Source: Burkholderiales bacterium (lineage in GTDB: Bacteria; Pseudomonadota; Gammaproteobacteria; Burkholderiales; SG8-39). From it: a DNA stretch of 64,000 bases. The DNA lies in assembly GCA_035308765.1 (NCBI GenBank), contig DATGGA010000026.1, positions 876 to 64,875 on the forward strand. Reading direction: 5' to 3'. A program made the translations under genes and the position numbers. Below, in pieces: positions 7,529-17,464 of this stretch; position 1 is the first letter of the stretch, and every line of letters starts with the position of its first letter. Under the pieces are notes generated by a model. It saw nothing but the letters and a program-made list of their open reading frames with translations, did no database searches and was not told the origin of the DNA.

Positions 7529-8518
7529 TCAGCGGTGATAGGAAGTGACGCGTTCCACTTCGTTCCTCGAACCGAGCACCACCGCTATCCGCTGGTGCAG
7601 TTTCGCTGGCTGGACGTCGAGGATCCGGTTGCTGCCGTCGGTGGCGGCGCCGCCCGCCTGCTCGACGATGAATGCCATGGGATTGGCCTCGTACATGAGG
7701 CGCAGGCGGCCGTCCTTGTTCTTCGCATCCCTCGGGTACATGAAGATGCCGCCGCGCGACAGCACGCGGTAGACGTCGGCCACCATCGAGGCCACCCAGC
7801 GCATGTTGAAGTCCTTGCCGCGCGGGCCGTCCTTGCCGGCGAGGCATTCGTCGATGTAGCGCTTCACCGGCGCTTCCCAGCGCCGCATGTTCGAGGTGTT
7901 GATGGCGAATTCCGCGGTGTCCTCGGGTATTTTTATTTTTTCGTGCGTCAGGACGAAGGTGAAGGATTCGCGGTCCAGCGTGAAGCCGTAGGACCCGTCG
8001 CCCACGGTGATGACCAGCTGGGTCGTAGGCCCGTAGACGGCGAAGCCGGCCGCGACCTGGTTGCGGCCCGGCTGCATGAAGCACTTCTCGTCGGCTTCCT
8101 TGACGCCCTTGGGGCAGCGCAGCACCGAGAAAATGGTGCCGACCGAGATGTTGACGTCTATGTTGGACGAGCCGTCGAGCGGGTCGAACAGCAGCAGGTA
8201 TTCGCCGCGCGGGTAGTGCGTCGGCGTCGGCTTCACGTCCTCCATCTCCTCCGACACCAGCGCCGCGAGGTTGCCGCCCCATTCGTTGGCCTCGAGCAGG
8301 ATCTCGTTCGACATCACGTCGAGGTTCTTCTGGATCTCGCCCTGGACGTTTTCGCTGCCGGCCGAGCCGTGGCCGCCGCCCAGCAGGCCCTTGTTGACGC
8401 GCGTGCTGATCGCCTTGCAGGCGCGCGCGATGGTTTCGATCAGCAGCCGCAGGTCGGCGTTGATCCTGCCTGCGCGCTGGCGCTCGATGAGGAACTGCGT
8501 GAGGGAGGTGCGGCGCAT
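7529..8518 (-). CDS. fbp: Class 1 fructose-1,6-bisphosphatase
   Basis: 329 aa with typical Fbp sequence: [23 protein letters not shown]-like [24 protein letters not shown]. Confidence 0.95.
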   Translation of the reverse strand: MRRTSLTQFLIERQRAGRINADLRLLIETIARACKAISTRVNKGLLGGGHGSAGSENVQGEIQKNLDVMSNEILLEANEWGGNLAALVSEEMEDVKPTPTHYPRGEYLLLFDPLDGSSNIDVNISVGTIFSVLRCPKGVKEADEKCFMQPGRNQVAAGFAVYGPTTQLVITVGDGSYGFTLDRESFTFVLTHEKIKIPEDTAEFAINTSNMRRWEAPVKRYIDECLAGKDGPRGKDFNMRWVASMVADVYRVLSRGGIFMYPRDAKNKDGRLRLMYEANPMAFIVEQAGGAATDGSNRILDVQPAKLHQRIAVVLGSRNEVERVTSYHR

Positions 8519-8553
8519 AAGTGAATTTTACCGCCGAGCCACCGGCGTGGTTT

Positions 8554-9690
8554 TTATCTCCGTCTTCCGGCGAGCCAGCTGCCGGCGAGCAGGAGCCCGG
8601 CCATGGTCCAGAGGATGGGCGCCATGCCGAGCGCGCTGCCCACGGCGCCGAAGGCGAGCGGCATGAAGGTCTGGCTGGCGTTGATCATGGTGGTGCGCAT
8701 GCCGACCACTTCGCCCTGGCGACCCGGCGGCGAGGCGGCGTAGAGCGCCGCCATGATCATCGGCTGCGCGCAGCCCAGGCCCAGGCCGAGCAGGAACGAG
8801 AGCGCGGCCAAGGCAGGCGCCTGCTTCGCCAGCGGGAACAGCGAATACGCGGTACCCGCGATCGCAAGCGCGGTGCAGACCACGGTCCACTCGCTCAGGC
8901 GGCGCGCCACCGAAGGCATGAACAGGCGCACCACGAAGGTTGCCAGCGCGAAGCTGCTCATGACGATACCGATGGTCGAGGCCGAAAGCCCGATGCGCGT
9001 GCCGTAGATCGGGATCACGAAGGTGTACATGTCCCAGCCGGTGGCGAGCAGGCCGCTGAACAGGAACACCGGCAGCAGGCGCGGGTTGCGCAGCAGGTCG
9101 GCGACGCTGCGCCGCGCCGCGCCGATCCTGGGCTCGTGCTGCAACTGAGGCACGCCGCGCTTCCGCAGCAGCAGCGCGGTGCCCGCGGCCGGCGGCAGCG
9201 TCAGCAGCAGGAACGCGGTGCGGTGGCCTGCCAGGTCGATGGCAAAGCCGGCCAGCAGGGGCCCGATGAAGCCGCTTACCGAGTAGCCGAGCGCGAACCA
9301 GCTGAAATTTACCGGTCGCTCGGAAGGATCGCCCAGGTTGCCGATGACGTGATTGAGGGCGATGTGCTGCATCATGAAAGCGGTGCCGACCACGGTAGCC
9401 GAGATAAACAGTACCGGCAGCCCGTGCGCGGCGAAGGGCAGCAGCATGCCGGCGGCGAGGACCAGGCCGGCGACGGCGATCGGCCGGAAGGCACCGACGC
9501 GGTCCACCAGCCGTCCGGCCTGGACTGCGAGCAGCATCGGGATCACCGCGTAGAGCGACATGAGTACACCGACCGCAAGCGGCGAGGCACCCTGGTTGAT
9601 GGCGGAGAGCGACGCGGTGATGCGGCTGCCGACGAAGCCGACGTGGCTGAGGATCGTCAGCAGGACAAAATATACGAGCGGCCGCATCAC
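8554..9690 (-). CDS. MFS transporter
   Basis: 378 aa, about 12 hydrophobic segments, MFS-like loop motifs; substrate unknown. Confidence 0.8.
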   Translation of the reverse strand: MMRPLVYFVLLTILSHVGFVGSRITASLSAINQGASPLAVGVLMSLYAVIPMLLAVQAGRLVDRVGAFRPIAVAGLVLAAGMLLPFAAHGLPVLFISATVVGTAFMMQHIALNHVIGNLGDPSERPVNFSWFALGYSVSGFIGPLLAGFAIDLAGHRTAFLLLTLPPAAGTALLLRKRGVPQLQHEPRIGAARRSVADLLRNPRLLPVFLFSGLLATGWDMYTFVIPIYGTRIGLSASTIGIVMSSFALATFVVRLFMPSVARRLSEWTVVCTALAIAGTAYSLFPLAKQAPALAALSFLLGLGLGCAQPMIMAALYAASPPGRQGEVVGMRTTMINASQTFMPLAFGAVGSALGMAPILWTMAGLLLAGSWLAGRRR

Positions 9691-9705
9691 TGCGCGGCGG
9701 CCGGT

Positions 9706-10566
9706 TCAGCGGCTTTGCAGGGCGGCGATGCGCTGCTCGATCGGCGGGTGGGTGGCGAACAGGGAGCCCGGGCCGCCGTTGATGCCGAACGCCTGCATGG
9801 CCTGCGGCAGGGCGCCGGGCTGCAGTCCGCCCAGGCGCGTGAGCGCCTGGACCATCGGCTGCGGCGAACCGAGCAGGTTGGCCGAGGCCGCGTCGGCGCG
9901 GAATTCGCGCCGGCGCGAGAACCAGGCCACGATCATCGAGGCGAACAGCCCGAGCACCAGCTGGGAGACCATCACGGTGATGAAAAAGCCGATGCCCTGG
10001 CCGCGGTCGTTCTTGAGGATCACCCGGTCGACGACGTAGCCGATGATGCGCGACAGGAATATCACGAACGTATTGACCACGCCCTGGATCAGGGTGAGGG
10101 TGATCATGTCGCCGTTGGCGACGTGGCCGATTTCGTGGCCCAGCACCGCTTCGACTTCGTCGCGCGACATCGAATTCAGAAGGCCGCTGGATACCGCCAC
10201 CAGCGCGGAGTCGCGGAAGGCCCCGGTGGCGAACGCGTTCGCCTCACCGTCGTAGATGGCGACTTCGGGCATGCCGATGCCGGCCTTTTCCGCGAGGCGC
10301 TTGACGGTGTCCACCAGCCAGTACTGGGTCGTGCCCTCGGTGCCGTCGACCACCTGCGCTCCGGTGGACCACTTGGCCATCCACTTGGAAATGAACAGCG
10401 ATATGAAAGCGCCGCCGAAGCCGAATATTGCCGCCATCATGAGCAGGGGCACGTACTGGATCCCCTGCTGGGCCAGCGCGCGGTCCAGGCCGAGCACGTT
10501 GATGACGATCGTCAGCAGGAACATCACTGCCAGGTTGGTGGCGATCAGAAGTGCAATTCTTTTCAT
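9706..10566 (-). CDS. htpX: Zinc metalloprotease HtpX (M48)
   Basis: 286 aa with [10 protein letters not shown] (HExxH), N-terminal TM segments and typical HtpX length. Confidence 0.93.
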   Translation of the reverse strand: MKRIALLIATNLAVMFLLTIVINVLGLDRALAQQGIQYVPLLMMAAIFGFGGAFISLFISKWMAKWSTGAQVVDGTEGTTQYWLVDTVKRLAEKAGIGMPEVAIYDGEANAFATGAFRDSALVAVSSGLLNSMSRDEVEAVLGHEIGHVANGDMITLTLIQGVVNTFVIFLSRIIGYVVDRVILKNDRGQGIGFFITVMVSQLVLGLFASMIVAWFSRRREFRADAASANLLGSPQPMVQALTRLGGLQPGALPQAMQAFGINGGPGSLFATHPPIEQRIAALQSR

Positions 10567-10615
10567 GGGCTTAGGTGCCTCCGATGGGTCCTAGATGGGG
10601 CCGGTGCCTGCCAGT

Positions 10616-12208
10616 TCAATGCTTTCCGCCAAGAATCATGCGGGCGCCCTTCTCCGCGATCACATAGGTGGGCGCATTGGTGTTGCCGGAAGTGATGCGC
10701 GGCATGATGGAGGAGTCCACCACCCGCAGCCGCTCGACGCCGTGCACGCGCAGCGCGTCGTCCACCACCGCCAGCGGATCGGCGCCCATTTTACAAGTGC
10801 CGACCGGGTGGAAGATGGTGGTGCCGAGTTCTCCGGCCGCTTTTTCAAGGGCTTCGTCGGTTTCGACGGCGGCACCCGGGCGATATTCCTCCGGCTCGTA
10901 CTTCGCCAGCGCCTTCGAGGCCATGATGCGGCGCGTGAAGCGCATGCCCTCCACCGCGACCTTCCTGTCCTCGGGCGTCGAAAGATAGTTCAGCTTTATC
11001 TCCGGGTAGGCGGCGGCGTCCGGCGACTTGATGCGCACCCAGCCGCGCGAACTCGGCCTCAGGTTGCACACGCTGGGCGTGATGGCGGGGAAGGGGTGCA
11101 ACGGATCGCCGAACTTGTCCAGCGACAGCGGCTGCACGTGCCACTCGATGTTCGGGGTCGGCTGCGATGGATCGCTTTTCGCGAAGGCGCCCAACTGCGA
11201 GGGCGGCATGGTCAGCGGCCCGGTCTTGCGAAACAGGTACTCCAGGCCCATCGCCGCCTTGCCCCACAGGCTGTTGGCCATCTCGTTCAGGGTCCGCACG
11301 TTCTTCACCTTGTACTGCATGCGGATCTGTAGGTGGTCGTGCAGGTTCTCGCCGACGCCCGGGAGATTCTGAATTGGTTTGATTCCGAATTGATTCAACA
11401 AAGCGTAAGGGCCGACGCCGGACAATTGAAGTATTTGCGGCGAGCCGATCGAGCCGAGCGACAGGATAGATTCCCGATTCGCTTTTGCGAAAAATGCATT
11501 TCCTTCACGTAAGAATTCGAAGCCAACCGCCATCCTGCCTTCAAACCGGATTTTCGTGACGGAAGCGCCGGTCAATACGGTCAGGTTCTTGCGGCGCAGC
11601 ACCGGGCGGAGAAACGCGTTGGTCGCGCTCCAGCGCCTGCCGCCCTTCTGGTTCATCTGGAAGTAGGCGCAGCCGGCGTTGTTGCCGCCGTTGAAGGATT
11701 TCACCGGCGCGATGCCGCATTCCGCCGCCGCTTTCCGCCATGCGTCGACGATTTCCCAGCTGACGCGCGGATTCTCCACGCGCAATTCACCGCCCGCGCC
11801 GTAGGAATCGACGGCGCCGTGCTCATAGTCTTCCAGCTGCCTGAACACCGGCAGCACCGAATCCCAGGACCAGTCCTCGTTGCCAAGGGCCGCCCAATGG
11901 TCGTAGTCCTCTTTCTGGCCGCGCATGTAGATCATGGCGTTGATGGAAGAGCAGCCGCCCAGCACACGGCCGCGGGCGTAGTGGATCGAGCGGCCGGCGA
12001 GGTGCGCGTCGGGCTCGGTCTTGTAGCACCAATCGGTGCGCGGATTGGCGATGGTGTAGAGGTAGCCGACAGGCACGTCGATCCAGAACCAGTCGTCCTG
12101 GCCGCCAGCTTCCAGCAGCAGCACCGATGCCGATGGATCTGCCGAGAGGCGGTTCGCGAGCAGGCATCCGGCGCTGCCTGCGCCGGCGATGACGTAATCG
12201 AATTGCAT
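10616..12208 (-). CDS. GMC family oxidoreductase (choline/alcohol dehydrogenase-like)
   Basis: Start trimmed to the ATG at 12208: MQFDYVIAGAGSAGCLLANRLS (FAD Rossmann fold), with a GMC signature further on. 530 aa. The upstream 127 codons of the track ORF are antisense read-through. Confidence 0.88.
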   Translation of the reverse strand: MQFDYVIAGAGSAGCLLANRLSADPSASVLLLEAGGQDDWFWIDVPVGYLYTIANPRTDWCYKTEPDAHLAGRSIHYARGRVLGGCSSINAMIYMRGQKEDYDHWAALGNEDWSWDSVLPVFRQLEDYEHGAVDSYGAGGELRVENPRVSWEIVDAWRKAAAECGIAPVKSFNGGNNAGCAYFQMNQKGGRRWSATNAFLRPVLRRKNLTVLTGASVTKIRFEGRMAVGFEFLREGNAFFAKANRESILSLGSIGSPQILQLSGVGPYALLNQFGIKPIQNLPGVGENLHDHLQIRMQYKVKNVRTLNEMANSLWGKAAMGLEYLFRKTGPLTMPPSQLGAFAKSDPSQPTPNIEWHVQPLSLDKFGDPLHPFPAITPSVCNLRPSSRGWVRIKSPDAAAYPEIKLNYLSTPEDRKVAVEGMRFTRRIMASKALAKYEPEEYRPGAAVETDEALEKAAGELGTTIFHPVGTCKMGADPLAVVDDALRVHGVERLRVVDSSIMPRITSGNTNAPTYVIAEKGARMILGGKH

Positions 12209-12257
12209 TCCGGCAATTATCCCGCCGAAGCAGACGGCCCGCTTACAATCTCCACCC

Positions 12258-13073
12258 ATGAACCCACAGGCAGGCAAGGCGGCGGCTTTCCGGGCCCTGC
12301 ACGAACGCGCGCGGCCCTTCCTCATCCCGAATCCGTGGGACAGGGGATCGGCGCTGATTCTCGAAAGCATGGGATTCGAGGCTCTGGCGACCACCAGCCT
12401 CGGCGTCGCGAACGTGCTGGGGGTGCGGGACGTGACGCTGCAGCAGGTGCTGGACAACTGCCGCGAGATCTGCGAGGCAACGCGTCTGCCGGTGAATGCC
12501 GACCTGGAGAACTGTTTCGCCGACGAACCGCGCGAGGCGGCGAAAACCATCCGGCTCGCCTGCGAAGCCGGTGCCGTGGGCGGCTCCATCGAAGACGCAA
12601 CCGGGGACGCGCAAAAACCGATTTACGATTTCAGCCTGGCGGTCGAGCGGGTGCATGCAGCAGTCGAAGTGGCGCGCTCGCTGCCGGTTCCGTTCATGCT
12701 CACCGCGCGCGCGGAGAATTTCCTGCACGGCAGGAAGGACATGGACGACACCATCCGCCGCCTGCAGGCTTTCGAAGCCGCGGGGGCGGACGTGCTCTAT
12801 GCGCCGGGGCTCCACAGCCTGGAGGAAATGCGCACCGTGACCTCGGCGCTGAAAAAACCGTTCAACGCGGTAATGGGCTTCGCTGATCCGAAAATTACGC
12901 TCGACCAGCTGGGCAAGGCGGGCGTAAAACGCGTGAGCATCGGCGGCGGCCTGAACAGGGTCGCGCTTAAGGCATTCATGGACGCTGCAAAGCAGATGCG
13001 GGAAGGAAATTTCGGCTTCATCACCTCGATGGCGCCGATGGCGGAAGTGCGGAACGCCTTTAAGCGCCCCTGA
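12258..13073 (+). CDS. Isocitrate lyase / PEP mutase family protein (2-methylisocitrate-lyase-like)
   Basis: 271 aa. LIPNPWDRGSALILESMGFEALATTS and GGSIEDA are typical of the ICL/PEPM superfamily. Confidence 0.8.
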   Translation: MNPQAGKAAAFRALHERARPFLIPNPWDRGSALILESMGFEALATTSLGVANVLGVRDVTLQQVLDNCREICEATRLPVNADLENCFADEPREAAKTIRLACEAGAVGGSIEDATGDAQKPIYDFSLAVERVHAAVEVARSLPVPFMLTARAENFLHGRKDMDDTIRRLQAFEAAGADVLYAPGLHSLEEMRTVTSALKKPFNAVMGFADPKITLDQLGKAGVKRVSIGGGLNRVALKAFMDAAKQMREGNFGFITSMAPMAEVRNAFKRP

Positions 13074-14511
13074 ACTCCATCACGCCGTCGTCGATCCTGC
13101 CGAAGCGCAGCGTCATGATGTCGCGGGCGTAGTTCTGGCGCAGCTTCCACGGCGCCCTGGATCCCTGCTTGGGGAACAAGGCGAGCGAGCGCTGCACATA
13201 GCCCGACGAAAAATCGACCCAGGGTTCCGCAGTGATCGAGGGATCGTTCAGCCGCGGCGTGCATTGCGCGTAGCCGTGCTTCTTCATGTAGTTGAGCAGC
13301 CGGCAGACGTATTCGCAGGTGAGGTCGCACTTCAGTGTCCACGAGGCGTTGGTGTAGCCGAAGGATGAAGCTAGGTTGGGCACGCCGCTGTACATCAGGC
13401 CCTTGTAGTTGAAGGTCTTCGCGGGATCGACGACCTGGCCGTCCACGGTGATCTGCACGCCGCTCAGGATCTCCAGGTTCAGGCCCGTCGCGGTGACGAT
13501 CAGGTCGGCTTCGAGCTCGGCGCCGGATTCGAGCTTCAGGCCCTTTTCGGTGAAGGTTTCGATCTGGTCGGTGACCACGGATGCCTTTTCGCTGCGGATC
13601 GCCATGAACAGATCTGCGTCCGGCACCAGGCACATGCGCTGTTCCCAGGGGTTGTAGCGCGGCGTGAAATGCCTGTCGACGTCGTAGCCGGGCCCGAGAT
13701 AGGCGCGCACGCCGCCCAGGATCAGTTGCTTCGTATATGCCGGCTTGCGCCGGCACAGGTTGAAGAAATACTGCTGCAGCAGGACGCGCTTCCAGCGGGA
13801 GATCACGTAAGCGAACATCGCGGGGAAATGGCGTCGCAGCCAGTTCGCCATGCGGTCTTCCGCGGGCCGCGCCACCACGTAGGTGGGCGAGCGTTGCAGC
13901 ATGGTCACGTGCGCCGCGGTTTTCGCCATCTCCGGCACCAGCGTGACGGCGGTGGCGCCGCTGCCGATCACCACCACGCGCTTGCCGGCGTAGTCGATGT
14001 CCCCGGTCCACTTCTGCGGATGGATGATGCGGCCTTTGAAGCGTTCGGTGCCGGGAAATTCGGGCGTGTAGCCTTCAGAGTACTTGTAATAGCCACCGCA
14101 GACGAAAAGGAAATTGCAACTGATGCGCACGGGCGCGCCGCCGCGCTCGGCTTCCACGGTCCAGCGTGAATGCTTAGTCGACCAGGAGGCGCGCCTGACC
14201 TGGTGGCCATAGCGGATGTTGCGGTCGATGCCGTAGTCCTTTGCCGTGTCCTTGATGTATTTCAGGATTGACGGCCCGTCGGCGATCGCCTTCGCCTCTT
14301 CCCAGGGCTTGAAGGAATAGCCGAGCGTGTACATGTCCGAATCGGAACGCACGCCTGGGTAGCGGAACAGGTCCCAGGTGCCGCCGATGCTGCCGCGCCC
14401 TTCGAGGATCGCGTAACTGCGGCCCGGGCAATGCTTCTGCAGGTGGACGCCGGCGCCGATGCCCGACAGACCCGCGCCGATGATCAGAACGTCGACATGT
14501 TCGATGGTCAT
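13060..14511 (-). CDS. Flavin-containing / Baeyer-Villiger-type monooxygenase (class B, EthA-like)
   Basis: 483 aa with GAGLSG and GSGATA dinucleotide motifs and an FKGRIIHPQKW (FxGxxxHxxxW) fingerprint. Confidence 0.85.
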   Translation of the reverse strand: MTIEHVDVLIIGAGLSGIGAGVHLQKHCPGRSYAILEGRGSIGGTWDLFRYPGVRSDSDMYTLGYSFKPWEEAKAIADGPSILKYIKDTAKDYGIDRNIRYGHQVRRASWSTKHSRWTVEAERGGAPVRISCNFLFVCGGYYKYSEGYTPEFPGTERFKGRIIHPQKWTGDIDYAGKRVVVIGSGATAVTLVPEMAKTAAHVTMLQRSPTYVVARPAEDRMANWLRRHFPAMFAYVISRWKRVLLQQYFFNLCRRKPAYTKQLILGGVRAYLGPGYDVDRHFTPRYNPWEQRMCLVPDADLFMAIRSEKASVVTDQIETFTEKGLKLESGAELEADLIVTATGLNLEILSGVQITVDGQVVDPAKTFNYKGLMYSGVPNLASSFGYTNASWTLKCDLTCEYVCRLLNYMKKHGYAQCTPRLNDPSITAEPWVDFSSGYVQRSLALFPKQGSRAPWKLRQNYARDIMTLRFGRIDDGVMEFRGA

Positions 14512-14559
14512 GGGTCGGGGCTGCCGGGGAGAAAAGACGGCGCGGGGAAAGTCTACGCC

Positions 14560-15981
14560 TTACGGCGACTGGCGCCTCTGGCCGCTGAAGAGCGCCGGCA
14601 CCTGCCTGCGCTGATCCGACTGCTTGGGGCGCGGCGCGGGCGCCGGCGTGCCGGTCGGGCGGCTGGACGGCCCCGGCGTGTACGGCGTCTGGCGTGGGCG
14701 TTGCGGCGGCTGCTCCGGGCGCGGCTGGGGCGCGTTCTTGTTGCCTTCGGCGCGGCGCTGGTTGTTGTGCTGCGGACGCTGGTGCTGCTGATGGTTCTGC
14801 GGCCGGGTCCGCCGTTGATCCGATGCGCGCGGCTGCTGGTGCAGCGGGTTGCCGGGCTCGAAGCCCGCGATTACGCGCTGATCCACCTCGCGGGTCATGA
14901 GCCGCTCGATCGCGATCATCAGCGGCCGGTCGTCGAAGCTGACCAGCGATACCGCCTCGCCCGACGAGCCCGCGCGGCCGGTGCGGCCGATGCGGTGCAC
15001 GTAATCCTCGGCCACGTGCGGCAGGTCGAAGTTCACCACGTGCGGCAGCTCGTCGATGTCGATGCCGCGCGCCGCGATGTCGGTCGCGACCAGCACCTGC
15101 AGCTCGTTGTCCTTGAAACGCTTCAGCACCCGGGTGCGCTGCGGCTGGCTCTTGTTGCCGTGGATGGCATCGGCTTCTATGCCGCTTTTTTCGAGCGCCT
15201 CGGCGAGGCGGTTCGCGCCGCGCTTGGTCTTGGTGAACACCAGCACCTGCTGCCAGTTGTTCTCCTTCACCAGGTGCACGAGCAGGTCTTTCTTGCGCGA
15301 CTGGTCCACCGGGTGCTGCACCTGGGCGACCAGTTCGGCCGGCGTATTGCGGCGAGCCACTTCCACCAGCTGCGGGTTCTGCATGAACGTGGCGGCGAGC
15401 TTGCGGATCTCTTCCGGGAACGTGGCCGAGAACATCAGGTTCTGGCGCTGCCTGGGCAGCAGGTTGATGATGCGGCGGATGTCATGGATGAAGCCCATGT
15501 CGAGCATCCGGTCCGCTTCGTCCAGCACCAGGATTTCCACATGGCGCAGGTCGATGGTCCTCTGTTGCACGTGGTCCAGCAGCCGGCCCGGCGTGGCGAC
15601 GACGATATCGACGCCGCGGCGCAGGTCCTGGATCTGCGGGTTGATGTTCACGCCGCCGAAAATCGTGATCGAGCGCAGCGGCCTGTATTTGCCGTAGGTG
15701 CGCACACTTTCCTGCACCTGCGCCGCGAGTTCGCGGGTCGGCACGAGGATCAGGCAGCGAACGGCTTTAGTGCTTGGTTTTTGATGCAGTATCTGAAGCA
15801 ACGGCAGCGTGAAGCCCGCGGTCTTGCCGGTGCCGGTCTGCGCGGCCGCGAGCAAGTCCTTGCCCGAAAGCACGACCGGAATGGCCTGCGCCTGGATGGG
15901 GGTGGGTACGGTGTAACCCTGCTCGGAGACAGCACGGAGCAGCTCGGCCGACAGGCCAAGGGTATTGAACGACGTAGTAAT
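14560..15981 (-). CDS. rhlE: ATP-dependent DEAD-box RNA helicase RhlE (proposed ATT start)
   Basis: [15 protein letters not shown] and [10 protein letters not shown] motifs, plus an R/Q/P-rich C-terminal tail. The track starts at GTG 15873, but the Q-motif (F...GYTVPTPIQ) is encoded in frame upstream. The only usable initiator is ATT at 15981-15979, 6 nt after AGGAGA. Confidence 0.8.
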   Translation of the reverse strand: MTTSFNTLGLSAELLRAVSEQGYTVPTPIQAQAIPVVLSGKDLLAAAQTGTGKTAGFTLPLLQILHQKPSTKAVRCLILVPTRELAAQVQESVRTYGKYRPLRSITIFGGVNINPQIQDLRRGVDIVVATPGRLLDHVQQRTIDLRHVEILVLDEADRMLDMGFIHDIRRIINLLPRQRQNLMFSATFPEEIRKLAATFMQNPQLVEVARRNTPAELVAQVQHPVDQSRKKDLLVHLVKENNWQQVLVFTKTKRGANRLAEALEKSGIEADAIHGNKSQPQRTRVLKRFKDNELQVLVATDIAARGIDIDELPHVVNFDLPHVAEDYVHRIGRTGRAGSSGEAVSLVSFDDRPLMIAIERLMTREVDQRVIAGFEPGNPLHQQPRASDQRRTRPQNHQQHQRPQHNNQRRAEGNKNAPQPRPEQPPQRPRQTPYTPGPSSRPTGTPAPAPRPKQSDQRRQVPALFSGQRRQSP

Positions 15982-16092
15982 GGTATTTCTCCTGAACGAT
16001 CGGCCTGGGAGGGTTTAAACCTCCAACCGGTTCAGGCAGAAACGACTTGAAGTGAGCTAACCGGATGACGCTAAAAGGAAACTACGGAACGG

Positions 16093-16098
16093 ATTATA
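16093..16098 (-). promoter_or_regulatory. Candidate -10 hexamer TATAAT for rhlE
   Basis: Perfect TATAAT on the minus strand about 110 nt upstream of the proposed rhlE start. No convincing -35 was seen. Confidence 0.3.
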
Positions 16099-16115
16099 CA
16101 CCATGAACGACATGC

Positions 16116-16904
16116 CTAGTTGCTCGCTGTTCGCAGCCATGCGGGCAACGCGGCGATGGAATCGATCACCGCATCCGGGGCGACCACGGCACGATCGAGA
16201 TCGGCCTGACGGAACTTGCCGGTGCGCACCAGGATGCCCGCCATTCCGGCATCCTTGGCGCCCTGCACGTCGGCCTCGAGGTCGTCGCCGACCATGACTG
16301 TGCTTGCGGCGGCGACGCCCAACTCGGCAAGCGCCTGGTCGTAGAAGGCGCGCGCGGGTTTGCCGACCACGGCTGCGCGGGTGCCGGAAGCTTCCTCCAG
16401 TCCGAGAACGTAGGCGCCCGCATCAAGGGTCAGCTTGTCGCCCGTTCTCCAGTAGAGATTGCGGTGCATCGCCACCAACGGGACACCGTCCTGCACCAAT
16501 CGGAAAGCCTGGTTGAGCGCGTCGTGGCTGAATTCGACTCCCGCGCCGCCGATGACCACGACGTCGGCCGCCTCGCCCGGGCCGGTAAGCGCGATGCCGT
16601 CGAAATCGGATTCGACTTCGCCGCTGGTGAGCAGATAGCAGCGCGCGCCGGGATGCACGCGGCGCAGGTAGGCCGCGGTTGCCGCCGCCGCAGTGAGTAT
16701 TTCACCGGGAGCGATGTCAAAGCCCGCGCGGGCCAGGGTTTCGCTCAGTACCCGCCGCGTGCGTGAAGTGGTGTTGGTGACGAAGCGCAGCCGGTAGCCG
16801 GCGGTCCGCAGTTCGGCGATGGCGTCGACTGCTCCCGGCAGGGGCCGCCACGATACGGTGAGCACCCCGTCGATATCCATTAGTACGCCTTGATAGGCCG
16901 CCAT
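16116..16904 (-). CDS. HAD-IIA family hydrolase (NagD/TIGR01458-like)
   Basis: 262 aa with MDIDGVLT motif I, FVTNTTS motif II and a distal GDDLEADVQGA. Confidence 0.85.
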   Translation of the reverse strand: MAAYQGVLMDIDGVLTVSWRPLPGAVDAIAELRTAGYRLRFVTNTTSRTRRVLSETLARAGFDIAPGEILTAAAATAAYLRRVHPGARCYLLTSGEVESDFDGIALTGPGEAADVVVIGGAGVEFSHDALNQAFRLVQDGVPLVAMHRNLYWRTGDKLTLDAGAYVLGLEEASGTRAAVVGKPARAFYDQALAELGVAAASTVMVGDDLEADVQGAKDAGMAGILVRTGKFRQADLDRAVVAPDAVIDSIAALPAWLRTASN

Positions 16905-17019
16905 GTTTGGGTCGATTGCTTATGCTGCGCTGCAGAAAGGGCTGCAATCTACTCCGGCGCCGTATCGACGTAAAGAGGCGTGGCGCATGTAGATTACGGT
17001 CGCGCGCATACGTGTCGAG

Positions 17020-17053
17020 CAAAAAGAAAGGCCAGCCGCAGCCGGCTGGCCTT
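17020..17053 (-). terminator. Rho-independent terminator
   Basis: Minus strand: AAGGCCAGCCG-gctg-CGGCTGGCCTT followed by TCTTTTTG, about 55 nt downstream of the stop of the 17109 gene. Confidence 0.8.
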
Positions 17054-17108
17054 CGATTGGTCAAGAGCGAGGGACTCGAATCCGCGATGCTGCGGACCCG
17101 AAAAGCCC

Positions 17109-17450
17109 CTACCGAAGATCGAGCGGAAAGAACAGGCTGATGCCTGGCGACGCCGGTGGGGGGTAGTAAACCGCCGGCGGCACATAAACTGGCCGCGAGT
17201 AGTAGTGCGGGTCGCGATACTCCGGCCGGTGCGCAGGCTGCCGTCGATCGTCGCGATTGCCACGTGTTTCACCCTTGTGCCAACCCTGGTCTGCGTGTCC
17301 GTGGGCATCATCGCCGTCTTTTGAAAGCGCCGGCGCAATGGTCATGCCGCCCATGATCGAAATTACAGCGATTGCCATCAAGGTTTTGCGGACAGACAGC
17401 CGGGAAATCTTGGCCTGCTTTGTCGAGGTTTTCATTTTGTGCTTTGGCAT
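17109..17450 (-). CDS. Hypothetical small secreted His/Pro/Tyr-rich protein
   Basis: Signal-peptide-like MKTSTKQAKISRLSVRKTLMAIAVISIMGGMTIAPALS followed by a low-complexity DDAHGHAD...PHYYSRPVYVPPAVYYPPP. Start is uncertain (TTG 17468, ATG 17450 or ATG 17435). No family recognised. Confidence 0.5.
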   Translation of the reverse strand: MPKHKMKTSTKQAKISRLSVRKTLMAIAVISIMGGMTIAPALSKDGDDAHGHADQGWHKGETRGNRDDRRQPAHRPEYRDPHYYSRPVYVPPAVYYPPPASPGISLFFPLDLR

Positions 17451-17464
17451 CTCTGAGTTTGCGA

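Noticed and set aside
8521-10695. Very long alternative-frame or antisense ORFs. Examples: 8521-10695 (+), 3566-5011 (+), 14431-16050 (+), 25251-26810 (+), 31041-32876 (-), 31655-33286 (+), 33597-35345 (+), 40560-41861 (+ part), 46112-47704 (+), 55302-57482 (+).
   Set aside because: All overlap genes with clear family motifs in another frame or strand. Their translations are Arg/Ala/Gly/Pro/His-rich low-complexity strings with no motifs. These are the classic shadow ORFs produced by stop-codon depletion in high-GC DNA.
14560-15873. Possibility that rhlE is an N-terminally truncated pseudogene, since the track ORF lacks the Q-motif.
   Set aside because: The Q-motif is encoded in frame immediately upstream with no stop or frameshift, and a strong SD precedes an ATT codon. 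An intact gene with a non-canonical start, or a single-base miscall, is more parsimonious.
17058-17083. tRNA 3'-end-like fragment on the minus strand (…ATTCGAGTCCCTCGCTCTTGACCA: T-loop-like TTCGAGT, 7-nt acceptor-like segment, CCA) next to the lower-GC islet. This could be an att scar of an integrated island.
   Set aside because: No complementary T-stem 5' half or acceptor 5' strand lies upstream, so it is not a tRNA. An acceptor starting with C would be atypical. I found no direct repeat of it at the other side of the islet and no integrase. The resemblance may be chance; a tRNAscan/ARAGORN run and a repeat search would settle it.
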